A DNA stretch of 64,000 bases from Tubiluchus corallicola (lineage: Eukaryota; Animalia; Priapulida), in the NCBI GenBank assembly GCA_030141605.1, contig JAQGDQ010000600.1:1-64000 (forward strand), in the 5' to 3' direction. The translations under genes and the position numbers were made by a program. How positions within the stretch are numbered: position 1 is the stretch's first letter; each line of letters opens with the position of its first letter. The notes under the pieces were generated by a model, which saw nothing but the letters and a program-made list of their open reading frames with translations, did not search any database and was not told the DNA's origin. Positions 43,094-59,598 of the stretch are shown here, in pieces.

Positions 43094-44046
43094 GTAACAA
43101 CAACAACATAAACAAACAACAACCACAACACCAACACAACAACATAAACAACACAAACACAAACACACAACAACAACAACAACAACACAAACACAACAAC
43201 AACAATAAAATAATAGTAATGCTGTATCTATGAGTACACAGAAGGAGTAACAATCGAATTTTTACAAAATTACAGTCCATCAATACTACACATTATTTAA
43301 TTTTTTTTGCTTTTTTGGTGAAATGAAATATTATATAATAATTTTTTAATATTTATTTAGCTTTTAATTTACTAACCCTGGTATTTGCATTTTAATCTTG
43401 CAATTTTTTATTTCATTGTGTTTTGTTTCATTTTAGTATTGTATTTGTATTTTACATGATCTTATTTACAGGAATAAAAATTTGAATTGAACTTAGTTTA
43501 TTATGAACTTAGGTCAGGATTTAGACATTGGGGGCCCCAGGAAGTTTGAGCTCGGGGGTCCATCAAAGTAAAAATTAAATTACAAGGCAATTAGAAAATG
43601 ATCTAAAATGAATAAATAACCTCATTTCATCGAAAAAATGTTTACGTTAGCAAGAGACGAAATCTTCTGATTTTATTTTCCTCAAATTTATTAACTGAAT
43701 TTTAACTTTGACTGCAAATTTTCAGTTTGTAATATAAGCCATAGTGTTTATCTAAACATGACAAGACTGTCTTTCCATTTTGTGGTACTCCCACGCACTT
43801 TCTTAATTATTTTTAATAATAAAACCAATTTTATAATCATTATAAAGAAAGTTCTTAGCTCGGGGGCCTAATCAGACTCTGAATGAACCAACAAAGATCG
43901 GTATTAAATTATACGACGTAAATTCATAAATTTTCATAGAATTTCAAAATTTTGGCATTTTTCTCTTACGAGCACGTCTTACAAGGCTTAGTATGAAAGA
44001 TACGTAAAAATAAGCGAAAACATATGCTTCGAATGCATACACTTAC

Positions 44047-44190
44047 CACTAAGCATCCATTAGTTTCCAACCAAATTCATTAACGTTTGAAGAAGTATTC
44101 GAAAGTCGACGTAAATGGTAAGTATTGAAATTCAACCGAGAGTTGCACAATAGACATTCTAATTAAAGCTGTGCATTTCACTTTTATACA
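44047..44190 (-). promoter_or_regulatory. TATA box and non-coding first exon of CAP gene copy B
   Basis: TATAAAAG (minus, ~44181-44188) and donor G|GTAAGT at 44046, matching copy A. Confidence 0.6.
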
Positions 44191-44796
44191 TTAGCACGGG
44201 TCAATCAACCGTTGCTTTGTTCTTTAATCATAATCTGGGCAGTGAAGGACGTAATTCAATATTCATCTTTCTCACTGCTACTTTTATATATTACCTGTTT
44301 ACAAGTCGACCATAAAATATTAAGATCTTCTACAACAAAGAAATGGGATACTGCATATACAAAGCTAGTGTTACTCTGTCGCCTGGCGTTACCACTTAGC
44401 TAAACCCCTTTCAATCTGGGTGTAGGTCAAAAGACAGTCAGTCAAAGGACCACCAGACAAAGGATCACCGATCAAAAGACCACCACAAACAAAGGACCAC
44501 AAAATGGACTATCAAAATAAAGGTTAGCAGACCCACTCAAATATCAGCTGAAAAACAAGTTGAAATACTGTACATACTTATGGTCGAATACTGTCGAATT
44601 TTTGGGAGGCGATTTTAAGGTGAAATTTTTGTGGTCGACTTATACTTACGATATGTGTATTTTCGGATTATGGCCACAATATTCTAGAGTTAAAGGCATT
44701 ACAAACAATTATGCGCGATGAAACGCCAGGCAGCATTATCATGGATTGCATTGAGGCCCCTCAACATGAATACACACACACGCATACGCACGTACC

Positions 44797-45122
<326 letters not shown>

Positions 45123-45791
45123 TCGTTACATTTTTTAATATTAAGAAAAACGCCGTTTTCATTGCATTGTAATGAAAATGTAATAAAATTTACTGCAGTA
45201 TTTGCGGCTTAACAAAACCTTGGATAACGGAACCAGCCGCATTTCAGAGCCATCTATTGTTGAGAAAACTTGGTTAAAAAAAGCAGCGCATCGTTTAACC
45301 ATAGCACAAGTTTTCACCCAGATGCCCGCAGACATGAGAATAGCTCCCCCATGTTAATCTACATACACTGTACCTTACTGTCGATAAATTTATGCAATTC
45401 TATACTAAACTATACTTATTTGTTATGGTGTTACATGTGGCCGTTGGCATTTGCTTCTGGTTTAGTATCACGCTCACGTCTGCAACCTCACATGCCCTTG
45501 GCCATTACAGCTTGAATCGACAATCATGGAATTACGTGACAATAGATACGCCTACACCCTCTGTTAACGTATCTGTAAACAGCAAGCTTGGCAGCTTTCT
45601 TCCTCCGTTTCAAAGTTGTTTCCGTTTCCGCCACAGCCTCCATAAGTGAATGTTTCACATGTTTTTGAGTTTGTGTTGTAGAACCATCTAGTAATATTAG
45701 CCCTGCACCGGCCTGTCTCTGCTGGCAGATCACATTCTGTACAGAACAGAAACTAAATTTTAGAAACTAAAAATCAATCTAATGCTTAAAA

Positions 45792-46512
45792 CAGTGGTTC
45801 CCAAAGTAGGGGTAAATTACCCCCCGGGGGTAATATGGTTTTTTTTGGGGGGTAACGGCACCCTTCTAAAAATTTTTAAAACTTCGCTCGGAATGCATTT
45901 TATGTAGTTTTCTTCTTGAAGAGACTGCCTCCGGCAGGTAACACTGTGTCTTGGGGTCCATCATTCGCACGTTCCCACGATCTCTTTGCGATCCTGGGGA
46001 GAAGTCAAAGTTCACGATTGTTTCTTTGGTTTCTTCTCTATCGACATTTCTGCACAGCGTTTAGAGTTTAGAGAAAGCTAGGCCCCTTTTACTATCTCTT
46101 TATCTTTTTGATACTAAGGAAAAGTAAAATATTTGATTCTCTCTTGTTTCTTTTCCCAGAAAGGTGCTGTGTTGTTTCCCAGAAAAACAGGCTCATCCAT
46201 CCCACTAACTGAGATTTTGTTGTTGGCATTCATTTCTTCTTGTTTTCATTTGTTCGAGTAATAATTACTCGAACGAACCTGCTCACTCAGTAATGAGCAG
46301 GTTCAGTAATTGTAATTCTTGTTTTGGCAACAATACAACAACAACACCTGGAAATTTATTTATGTCACGAGCAAACATAAATAAAATTGCTTGCTTGTGG
46401 CATATACGTGTGTTTACTTTTTGAGTTGGAGAAGTAGTACTAGGTGGGGGGTAACGGACACGACCGGGTTTCCCGATTTGGGTAACGGTCCGAGAAAGTT
46501 TGGGAACCACTG
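45792..46512. mobile_element. hAT (Charlie-like) non-autonomous DNA transposon
   Basis: TIRs CAGTGGTTCCCAAA / TTTGGGAACCACTG; perfect 8-bp TSD GCTTAAAA (45784-45791, 46513-46520). Confidence 0.9.
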
Positions 46513-47186
46513 GCTTAAAACAAAGTGTAAACTTACTGATGATAAGAATGTTGTCTCCCGGTAATACATGCGATACTAGCATGCTTAGTATTGTTTTCCT
46601 CTGTGTTTTATGTTCATGTGAAGATAATCTCCGTAAAACTATTTGCAGTTTTTGTAATAATAATGTAGTAACACATACACACTGATCACGAAAAAAAACA
46701 CAAGAATGGAAATGGTTTTTAGTTTCTCTTATCGGTATTATTAACAACGAAATGTACATGTACACCACTAATCCATAGGTGAACCGTATAAGGACATGTG
46801 GCCGGACTTACCGCGTGTCATAATTTTTCAGAAAAATGGCGTAAAATAATAGCCTATGGCCTTTACGTATTTAACTGTGTCTGTTCACTTGTCATTCTTA
46901 ACCTCATATTATTGTCGTCCTTATTCTGTTTTTTCTCTTTCGGGTTTTGACTAGACTGTGATTCTATCCTTCTAGTGATCGTGTCTTTTTATTTTTGTGC
47001 TTTTTTCTGCTCCTTTGTTTCTGTGCTTCATCAATGGTTGTGTACTTTGTCTTCTGCTTTTCTTATGTGTTGTGATGTGCTTCCTCTTGTACTTTTTGTG
47101 CAATTAATTCTGTGCTTCATTGATGCTTGTATTGAGTCTTTGTCTAACCCTGTGTATCAGGGCCATGCTAACAATTTAGTAATATA

Positions 47187-47646
47187 CCGTATTTTCCCGT
47201 GTATAAGAGACCTTTGTGTATAAGAGACCCCTTCGATTTTTAGGCAAAAATTCTGGAAAAAAGTTTTTTGGTAATGAATAACTTTATTCATCATAGAAAT
47301 CATTAAATTCCTCATCACTCTCATCAAAAATATCAACTGGAGTCAGACCTTCAGCAATTCCAGCCAGTTCATCATCAGAGGAGTCACTCTGCTCAAAAAT
47401 GGCATTGTCCTCTGTGCCGTCCATGGCATTGGAGATGCCACACTTCTTGAAAGATTTAATAATGACCTCTGGCTTTACACCATTCCATGCCTTGAGGCAC
47501 TTGTAGAGCACTTATTTCTTTAAAATCATTAGTGTCACAATTTATGCATCTTATTGAAAAGACTTACTCCCATGTATAAGAGACCCCCTATTTTTAAAGT
47601 GAAAATTCTGAGCAAAAAAGGGTCTCTTATACACGGGAAAATACGG
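47187..47646 (-). mobile_element. pogo/Tigger-type deletion derivative with a transposase C-terminal remnant
   Basis: TIRs CCGTATTTTCCCGTGTATAAGAGACC at both ends, TA TSD; internal AWNGVKPEVIIKSFKKCGISNAMDGTEDN plus acidic tail, typical of pogo transposases. Confidence 0.9.
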
Positions 47647-50208
47647 TAAGTTTACACATAATCAGAAAGTACGTCATGCAATCAAACAATTTACTAAAGC
47701 TTTCTCACTGCTAAGTACTTGTGATATATTTAGTTAATTTTATACATTTTGTTATTATATTCTGCAAAACTTATATGATTTATATACTGAAAATAAATAA
47801 AAATTTAAAGTATACCCACTTATAGCTCTGTTATGTACGTACCATTTTCAAATTGATCATTGCTTCCATGACTACCAAAGACATCTATTGTCATCAAACA
47901 GAAACACGTCAAAACAATAAAAATATTCATTTAGTCTGTCGCTGAAATGACCCTCAAAAAAGGAAAATGCTTTGTCTTGTTTACTGAAAAACTCTCGGCA
48001 AATTGAATTTTACTCTCTGCTCTTATTCTCCAGTCTGTTCTACAAAGATAGTATGAATTAACGGCAACCGTTTAAAGGTATTCCTTCCACTGTGAACGTG
48101 GCACTGACCCAGAGCCATACGGTAACTCCAAACAATCATGTCAGTGCTTGAACGACCTTCAATTCTGGCAACCAAGAGCAATTACTGGCATCTTCCTGTT
48201 TGTGTGCCACCTGTGGGCAATTTGTCTGCATTAATGTCTAATTATTTGCAAGATAGAATACTCATTGTCGCCATGTATTAAGTGCCTACGTTCTAAAAAG
48301 ATCAAGAAGTTAGGAATATTTAAATTACAGTATTATAAGAAGCCCTAGTCAGATCATTAGTAGTACCGTCTACTCATATACCAAATTTTGTGACTCCTAT
48401 GAAATAATTGCACTAGAAAAAAGTTTTTCTCAAAATGGCTGAAAATGACGTTTTTTATGCTTCGTATTTTTACGGGATGTCCTAGTTTAGTATGCCATTT
48501 GTCACTAACGGTTCGTAGCTAACCAGAAAACTCTTACTAGCTAAGACTATATAATATATATTATACTTAGTCAAGATTTCCAAATTTCGAGTTACTAAGT
48601 TAAAATTTCGATGTACTAAATCGAAATTTCCAGATACTAAGTGGAAATTTCGAGATACTGAAATCGAAATTTCAAATTAATAATTTCAATTTTTGTTGAT
48701 CAGAGTTGAACGCATGCCTGGTTCAGAATTTTGCTCGAACATTGGTATGCCTCAGGGCGCTCACTAATGTCCTGTGTTTTTTGCACTTTGCTTCAACACG
48801 GACTTGTAGAAAGTTAATGCGCGATTTATCGGATTTACATAAGTTTTAAAGTTCCAAAGTTCCAAAGATCCAAAGTTCCCTAGCTCATATTCTACGGATT
48901 TTGTTATGAAAACTAATGCAGAAAAGTAGCATAAAGGGAATCATTGCTCCTTTACCCCAAACACCACCTCCATATCTTCCTTTTTGAAGGAAAAATAATG
49001 ACGAGAAAACAACCACTTTTACAAAAACGTGTTTGATAGAAAATTCTGATAGCAAATGATTTTATTATTTGCACATGCGCAGAAACAGCAACACTGGACA
49101 ATTCATGTGCTCTACTAACTATGATGCTAACGAATACAGGAATATAATTAATTTTTTACATGTGCACAGATCACACGTCAAATAATAAAATTGCGCATAT
49201 TTTTTCTTTGTTTTTTACTCTCATGCTTTTAATTCTTGCATATTTCTCTAGATCCACATCGAAATTTTATTGTTTCGTATTGTTTTACTATGAAAATTTA
49301 AATGCGTTAAAAGAAAAGCTTGCAACATTTGAGAAATCAATTCGAACAAAGTCTAATTTCAAGCGATAGGTGGCTCTAGTAGTAAGAAAGTAGTTGTATC
49401 CTTCGTCTGGTTCAGATGTTTACAGGAGTAGTTTTTACTTCCTACACAACTCGTGATCTTTTAGTGACCTCTCCAAATCACTAGTGCGCATGATCTAAAA
49501 AACAAAAACCGGTTAAACAAAAAGGCAATAAATTATTGTCAATGATGACAGCTGATTGCTGTTGAAACGTATGGACATGTTTTTAAACAGTTGTAAAATT
49601 GATGTTTTAATAAAAGTTGTGTTGTTTTAATAATTAATGTGGTGATTTTTAATATATTATTTAGATTTAAGACATTGACTTATTACAGAATTAACACTTT
49701 AACATGTAAAATAAAATTATTACTATTGCAAGGCGGCAATACAGTGCTATAAGTGTAGTAGAAGAAATTGACAATTAGCTATGCTCAGCATGGGTAAACA
49801 TTAAATACTAATAGACGAAGTAAAACGGGAGACGATAGTAACGATATTGATGATGGCGATAGCGATGTTGATACTAATGCTGGGGCGGTAATGATGGTGA
49901 AGTGGCCTCACTCTCGTAAATATTGTATTTGTATGCCTTTGCCAACATATTTTATACATATTGTTTTTACTTAAGGCTGTATTTTACTATTGTGTGTGAA
50001 TAAAACTAAATAAAAAGAAACAAATAAAATGACAATGATAATGATAAGATGCTAATGATGATCGATGATCTAAATCAAGTAAGCCAACTCTGCAGTTTTA
50101 TGAAGATTAGAATAAAAATATTGAACTATAAAATGCAAAGTTGTGTTTTTTAGTTGCTGAAAATGATCAATTAAGCCGGTAAGAGTCAAGTATTGATTTT
50201 GTTTAGTA

Positions 50209-52289
50209 TCAAGTATGTGCATAATCACCATATCTGCCATGCCGATGATAATATGCTCCTTTTGATCTGTAGTTTGGTCTGTAGTGCAGAGTAACTTTTG
50301 CATCTACATCATCAACTTCCTCTTCACCGTGTTCCTCTTCTACTACCTCAACTGCATCAGCAGCATCATCCTGGACATCTTCAGCAGCATCAGCATCATC
50401 AGCAGCATCAGCAACAGCAGCAGCGTCAGCATCAGCTTCATCGTCTTCTGCTTCTTCTGCACGTTTATAGTATGCAGGATAGTTGCGCTCATGGTAGCCT
50501 GGCTTGTAGTAGGATGGACGGTCGTGAACAACAAGCTTGTCTGGATCATCGACGACTTTCACCAGTCTCCTGTAACTTACTGGATATCGGTAACCATGGT
50601 AACGTGACCTGTAATATCCTGGCCGGTAGTAGCCGCCTCGGCGATAACCCGGCCGATAATAGCCGCGTCGGTAATGACCAGACCGGTAGTAATATGCAGG
50701 ACGGTGTATGACTTTGGTAACGACGCGGTCTCCATCATAGTCATCATCGTCGTTGTCGTCGTCGTCACCATCATCATCTTCTACCACCTTGTAGATATGA
50801 CGGCGATAATATGGTCGTCGATAGTAGTAACTGGGCCTGTAGACAATCCTTCGATACCTGTAATTGTCATCGTCGTCATCTACTGCTACTCTGTAGCCGT
50901 GACCATGGTAACCGTCTCCGTGGTAATTAGATCGGTAGACAACTTTATACTTTACATCATCATCGTTGTTATCATCATCATCATCGTCATTCACTCTGTA
51001 AACGTGACCTCTAACAGCTGGCTCGTGGTGATAATAGCTTACGTATCTTGGCCTGTAACATTAATTATACAGAAGTGTAAGATTACTACAACTAAAATAA
51101 AAACAAAATTAACTTTATCACGTTTATCTATAGATTATATTACTGGCGGAATGTATAACAATTTTGGCGCCATCTTGTGGGGAGTGTGTAAAACGGAAAA
51201 ATACTGAAAACTGAAGATACTTGTAGAAATACCTTCGATAATATCGTGGTCGATACAAGTAGCCGTATCCATGACTGTGACTGGCGTCATAGTCATCATC
51301 GTCATCATCACGGTCGTGAGTATGGTAGCCGTAGGAATCATGACGGTGGCTCTTGCCGTAGTATGCTGCTGACCGAGATCTGCCGTAATGACTGAGTTTT
51401 GATGCCAGCGCCAAAGGCTTTAAAAAAATAAGTTTTTTCACTGTTTTAAATTAGAAATGGCACGTAAAGTGAAAAAATTATCGTTCTTATTCTTCTTCTT
51501 TTTTCTTCTTCTTCTTCCTTTCGCTTTTTTATTTTTTTAAAAAGGTGCAATGCAACAGCCGGAACAAGTAAAATGAAATTGATTATTAATAAATATTAGT
51601 AAACTTGCCACACATCATGAAAGTCAAGTGCCTAGAAGCATTTGCAGGATGGATGGCTAAATAAGTTATTAAGTCGGAAGTTGTGTGTTCGAACACCAAC
51701 AGAACTTTATTTTTTATCCATTTCGAATGCATTGTTACTAAATAGCTTTTTTAAAGTCTGAGTAATAAACTCAGACTCTTAGTACTCATTATTCCAGATT
51801 TCTTACAAAGATTGCGTATATAAGAACTGAATTACGAACATATATAGTAGAACGAAGTTAAAGTAAATTTCACGGTTATTTGCACAAAAATGAAGAAAGG
51901 TCTCTATTCTTCACTCACATTTCGTGTATATGAATAATATGTACGAAATAAAATAATAATAATAATATTAATAATAATATACTTCCTTTTTAAACGTTTT
52001 TAAAATGAGTCTTAAAACCCATCTTTTTACTGTAACGTTTAATTAGTGTGAATTTTAGAGTCGATTTTTTACTATATCATTTAATTAGTTGCCTGGCTAA
52101 TTTTGATTGTATGCTTTTTTATTGCAATCATTCTTATTTTAGTCTTGTTTTATGATAACAATAATTGCCGATTTATGTGCTTTACAAACATGTTATGATA
52201 ATCGTTATTGTTATCACTTATCATTATCTATTCGTGATTAAATATTCGCTCACCGCTATCACCAGAATACAAAGAATTGCAATCTTCAT
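50209..52289 (-). CDS. ~354-aa secreted low-complexity protein with alternating Tyr/Arg/His/Gly-rich and poly-Asp/acidic blocks; exons 52289-52254, 51417-51233, 51052-50209
   Basis: MKIAILCILVIA|PLALA signal; phases 0 and 2 join in frame; 844-nt open final exon; sequence e.g. DDDDDNYRYRRIVYRPSYYYRRPYYRRHIYKVVEDDDGDDDD. Confidence 0.85.
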
Positions 52290-52430
52290 ACCTGAAATTA
52301 GAACATTATCTTCGTATAATAACGTCATTGATTTTTGAGTTTGTTAATCTACAAAATGCAGATGCAGAAACTTAAACTCAGAAAACGAAAAAGAAATTAA
52401 CGACTGCACAGCAGCTATGTGCTGACAGCT

Positions 52431-52712
52431 GACTTTCTGAAATTATCATCCAAAATATATAAGTGTAAGCATATAATTCTGCAACGTAATCACTTAAAGT
52501 AACCGTTATCTGTTACACTAACTGTTAACAGCAGACTTTCTGAAATTATCATCCAAAATACATAAGTGTAAGCATATAATTCTGCAACGTAATCACTTAA
52601 AGTAACCGTTATCTGTTACAGTAACTGTTTATAGGGTACTTTTTTAAATTGTCACCGAAATTGTGCAACATAGTCAAATAAAATAACCGTTATCTGTTAC
52701 AGTAACTGTTTG
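52431..52712. repeat. 103-bp tandem duplication plus a partial third copy (intronic)
   Basis: GACTTTCTGAAATTATCATCC at 52431 and 52534; TAACCGTTATCTGTTACA three times. Confidence 0.85.
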
Positions 52713-53392
52713 CAGTGAAGCAATAAGAAATGTTAAAGTCAATTTATTACATCAAAATAATGCTGAAACAGTTGCGAATTTACCGCACCCTAAAAACCTT
52801 GTCGGTAGGCGTCGGGTGTCCTTGCACAGCCTGGAGTGTTGAGGGGTATGATTGGAGCAGCGATTCGCAGGACTCAAGGTCCTCCAGCACACCTGCCACA
52901 TGTCTAACAAGTTTGTTCCTTGAATACTAATCAACGGCCATGTTGTTGGATTATCTAAGCCATCACCTTGTTCCCCAGGATAGCTCCTCTGTGTTTAGTT
53001 GGTTGACTTCCCGTGACTTTCCAAGCCATCCAGTTCAATAGAAAATAATAATTGTAGAATTTTCAAGTTGCTGTTCTGATCACATCCATAAATGTTGCAT
53101 GGTTTGCAAGCAACATAAATGTTGCACCCCAGGTTTTCGCTGAAAGATTCGCTGTTGTTTCAGCAATGTTTTGATGTAATAAATTGTTCTTTACTGGTAC
53201 TTGCTGTTTTTGCACCCCATAGAAAAAAGTCGTGTACCACTCTGTGTTATGAATGGTACTGTACAAAATAAAACACACATGGGAAAAAAGAACGACACAT
53301 TGAAAAATCACACTATCTGTTTACAAAATCTGCTTATGCATTCCATTGCGTATTCGGTAGTAACGAAAAATTAATAAAATTATTAAAATTAC

Positions 53393-53491
53393 CTTCAGAG
53401 CATCCGTTTAACTCTTTCCTCAGCTGCTTTTTCTCCTCTGCAGAGTGATGCCGATGATGCTGTGATTAACTGCAATAAACTAGGTTTATAT
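53393..53491 (-). promoter_or_regulatory. Putative TATA box and non-coding first exon of the 50209-52289 gene
   Basis: TATAAA (minus, 53485-53490); donor AG|GTAATT at 53392; the ATG exon is preceded by an acceptor (TTTCAG). Confidence 0.5.
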
Positions 53492-54149
53492 GAGAATCAC
53501 TGAAGCAAAGCGGTCTTTCGAGTGACATGATTAAGATGTTTGTGTGATATTAATGTGATTTTATGATTTTTTCAGGTTTCGGTTTCTAGGCGTTTTGAAC
53601 CCGGGTCACGTTCGCAAACGGATTTCTCTGTAATCCCGTATAAAGGGGACATGTCCACTCAAGGTCACAGCTTCGGGCTGTTACCGGTATTTCTCTGCAC
53701 CGTGTTCTTATTTTTTTGCTTCAAATCTGCGTATCGGCGCTTAGAAGTTAATGTGAAACTTTACGATAGGTCAAATAGGTTAAATTTATGGTAGAATTTC
53801 ATTCCTGAGGCTATTAATGACTTTATTAATAATAGATTTGTCAAGCAATTTTTTTAGACACTGTAGAGCGTAAATATTTTATAGCAGAAGACACTGATAC
53901 CGTCGATTATCATTGCAGGTATCATAAATTAACAGTAACTGACCTAATCAATGACAGGCATTAACGAAAGCACGTAAGTCGATTGATGTTACAGAAATGA
54001 TGGGACGTGAAACTTTGATGTAAACTCAGCGTAACAAGTATTGGAAACGGTATATTTTACAGTTAATCCCAAAGAACTTTCTATACGAAGTTATACTTCT
54101 TAGTATTACGCTTAATTGTATGAAAAACCTACGTAATTGGAAAATAAAA

Positions 54150-56175
<2,026 letters not shown>

Positions 56176-56971
56176 ATTGTTGCCAAATCAATAAAATTAG
56201 TTAATTTGTATATTTATTGCACATGTTTTCAATATATTCATTAATATCTTAGCAATATATTAAGAAATGTATTAATGTAGTATAATTGTGAAGACTTCCT
56301 TATAATGACCATTTCAGTTCACTTAGATGAGAAAATCTATTACAGTCAAAAGGTTTCTGGTTCAAATCCAGGCTTTGCTTGTCTTCATATTTCTTACTTT
56401 CTGGTTTATTTATGTTTCCAATTTGTAATAACTGGCAGTTTATTCCGTCTGTGACTTACAGAAATAAAAAAACGACAACACGAATTCTATTGCGATGTAC
56501 TATATTTATAATTTATTGACCAATTTATTGAAAGCATGATCAATTAAGAAGCATGCAGTTTCAAAGTTACACAAAACCAAAGTTACATTGTAATCCCAGT
56601 AGCACCTTATCTTTCTATCTAAAATGTTGACACCCGTTTGGCCGCATTTTGCTTTTAAACTTAATTTGCATTAATGACATTATGTATCAATGCGCCACTT
56701 TGCAGATTAATTTCGTATGCAGGAAAAACAAAAATTTATTACAGTCTGTGTAAATTATACATATAGTGTTCATTTCGTTAAACTGAATGGTGTAAGATAT
56801 ACACGGATTGCCTATTAATGACAGTATAAATTTGGTTCTAATAGAGAAAGTGAAAATGGCTGAAGTTGAAACAATATGGCAGCATAAAAAGGAATACGCA
56901 GTACTTAGATAGCCGTCCATAGCAGTTTCCTGTTCATTTTTGGTATCATCGTTCTAGAAAAAAAACGTACA

Positions 56972-57013
<42 letters not shown>

Positions 57014-57388
57014 CACGTGTATTAATAATTTACGTCTCATTTTAAACTTCGAAATTTAACAATAACATTTAAATGAGTAACTCGATTTTTTGTTAAAATA
57101 AATAAAAAATCATTATCGAAAATTAAAAAAAATGGTAAAAAAATCACCACGTCGAATATCTGCTATTTGCACGCTTCTGTTCATTCTTTTCCTCATTTCT
57201 GTTTTTTACTTTTTCCTCTACTTTTTTCTTGTCGTTTGCTTTTTCTTTTTTTTTATAAATTTGCATACACACTTTCATCTTTAGCTAAGTTCAAATTCAG
57301 ATATTTCATTATTTGAAACATATACAATTGTATTACGTTACTTCAAACATTTATAAAACAGACTGTTGTATTTACCTGGTCTTAAAGT

Positions 57389-58757
57389 TTAGTGGTAGTA
57401 GTCGCCGCCATAGTAACGATTTCCTCCGTAATAACTTGGACGGTAATATGATCTTCTGTAGTAGGAGGGACGATAGTAACCGCGTCTGTAGTAGCCGTTG
57501 CCATAGTGATCATCATTATAATCATCGTCCACGTAATAGCGAGTTGATCTGTAACATTATTACACATGTTGTTTAAAAAGAAACATCACTAATATATTTG
57601 CAAGAATTTCTTGTCATAATTAAAGAGAAAAATGATCTTATACCCCACGAAATAAACCAGTTAGTTATTGATAATTTAAAGCAAAAGAAAACCATCTGAA
57701 TAAAGCTTTAAATTTCATCTTGAGATTTTGCCTCCTACATGGTGTCTCATTGCATACAGAGCTTGTAGTGGCAGTAGCGATGTATAAATCTTGTAATTCT
57801 AAACTGCGCGATGACCGTTAGGTGCAGCCATTTTAACAGCAGGTGGATTTCAAACAATTTAAACAACACTGGGTGAAATTCGAAAAAATAACCAGAGCAC
57901 GCGTTCCACAATGTTCGCTTACTAAACAAAAATATGAATTATTTTATATCGTGAATAATTTTAATAATAATTGTTTTTTGACGAGCAAGTGATGCGTTTT
58001 ACAAGCTGGCATGTCAACATTTCAAATTTCGTTTCCAATTACTTAAATCTTTCTTATATACTTTAGAATTACCCTTTCTTTCCCTTTAATAATTTCTTAA
58101 CGCAAACACGTAACCTTACCTCGGATTACTTTTGGTTTAAACGTTTTCATAATGTTTTACCTGTAAACCCTTGGGTAATAACTGCGTCTGTAGGTACGCC
58201 TGTAATACGTCGGCCTGCCGTAGCCGTAGTAGCCGTGACCGCGTCCGTAGGAGCCACCATATCCGTAGCTTGCAGCCGCCATGGCTACCATCTGTAAAAT
58301 CGACAACTTGTAAACGAATGTACAGAAAAATGTCTGAAAAGTCTGATTAGTTGGAAATTAACAATCTTTAGTTCTTGAATTCTTGGCAGTTTTCTCAGAA
58401 ATCATTTCTTAGGGGACGAGGAGATTTCAAATTTGAATGAGGAATTTAAATTGTTTCAGCAGATTCCAGACATATAATTAATATATTGTTATATACTAAT
58501 ATATTATATAACAATATATTAATTATATGCCTGGTTTCTGCTGCTATATATGTAATATATATGTATATAATATGTATTATAATAGTATGTATTATATAAT
58601 ATATTAATAACAACTTATACAGCCAATAATAAAGCTGGCCCTGAAATGAAACGTCAGAAAAATGAATTCTAAAATCTTCAAAGTTTTGACAACAGCTGAG
58701 AATTGTGGGATTTTTACTTACCACCAGTAACAAACAGCAAACGACTGCGACCTTCAT
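57389..58757 (-). CDS. ~108-aa secreted Tyr/Gly/Arg-rich protein, paralog of the 50209-52289 gene; exons 58757-58722, 58291-58161, 57548-57389
   Basis: MKVAVVCCLLLV|MVAMAAA SYGYGGSYGRGHGYYGYGRPTYYRRTYRRSYYPRVYR|STRYYVDDDYNDDHYGNGYYRRGYYRPSYYRRSYYRPSYYGGNRYYGGDYYH*; canonical splice sites, phases 0 and 2. Confidence 0.88.
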
Positions 58758-58795
58758 GATGTCAAGTCTTTATTATCTGAGCAAACAAAAAAACG

Positions 58796-58986
<191 letters not shown>

Positions 58987-59508
58987 TAAAGTTTAAAAAC
59001 GTTTGAAAGTTACCAAAAAGCAAAGTCAATTTTTACGTCGTGCCTAAGACCATTGTAAGCTTTCATTATTGTCAAACATAATTCATCTAGATTTTAGATG
59101 ATTAACAGCTGATTAAGTTAAATTTAAGCAGTGACAAAGTCAAAAATAAATATTTCACGCTTGACATTGTTTGTGATAACAATCAGTCCATCAGAGTTTT
59201 GAGTTCAAAGCCAGACATAGTAAGTAGAGAGAACAGAACACTGATTCAAGTTTGTTCATGCTGATAAAGATGAATTGTGAACAATTTTTTACTTATTGAG
59301 AATCTTAAACTGTAACTGATAAACTGAAATAGAAATACAAAGTACAAATCTTTTTTCGTAAATTGCTGTTGAAATTAATGTGTTGAAAATATAAAAATCT
59401 ATGTTACTAATTATATGTATGTACAGACATATATGTATTTATACATATAAGTATGTGTCTACGTTATCAAAGATTTAAACTATTGGATACTTTAAAGTTG
59501 TTACTTAC

Positions 59509-59598
59509 TCAGTGAGAACTGCAGTGATTGGAAGACGATCTCTTCTGCTCTCCAAGAAGATCCTATGAACCCATTGATAGTATCTCCCCTTTTTATAA
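59509..59598 (-). promoter_or_regulatory. TATA box and non-coding first exon of the 57389-58757 gene
   Basis: TATAAAAA (minus, ~59590-59597); donor GA|GTAAGT at ~59508; acceptor CTCAG ~20 nt before the ATG. Confidence 0.6.

Noticed and set aside
50284-51207. Plus-strand ORFs overlapping the Tyr/Asp-rich gene
   Set aside because: Antisense shadows of a low-complexity coding exon.
56340-56376. tRNA-like B-box (GGTTCAAATCC); similar GTTCGAACA at ~51687
   Set aside because: No cloverleaf can be folded; at most degenerate SINE heads.
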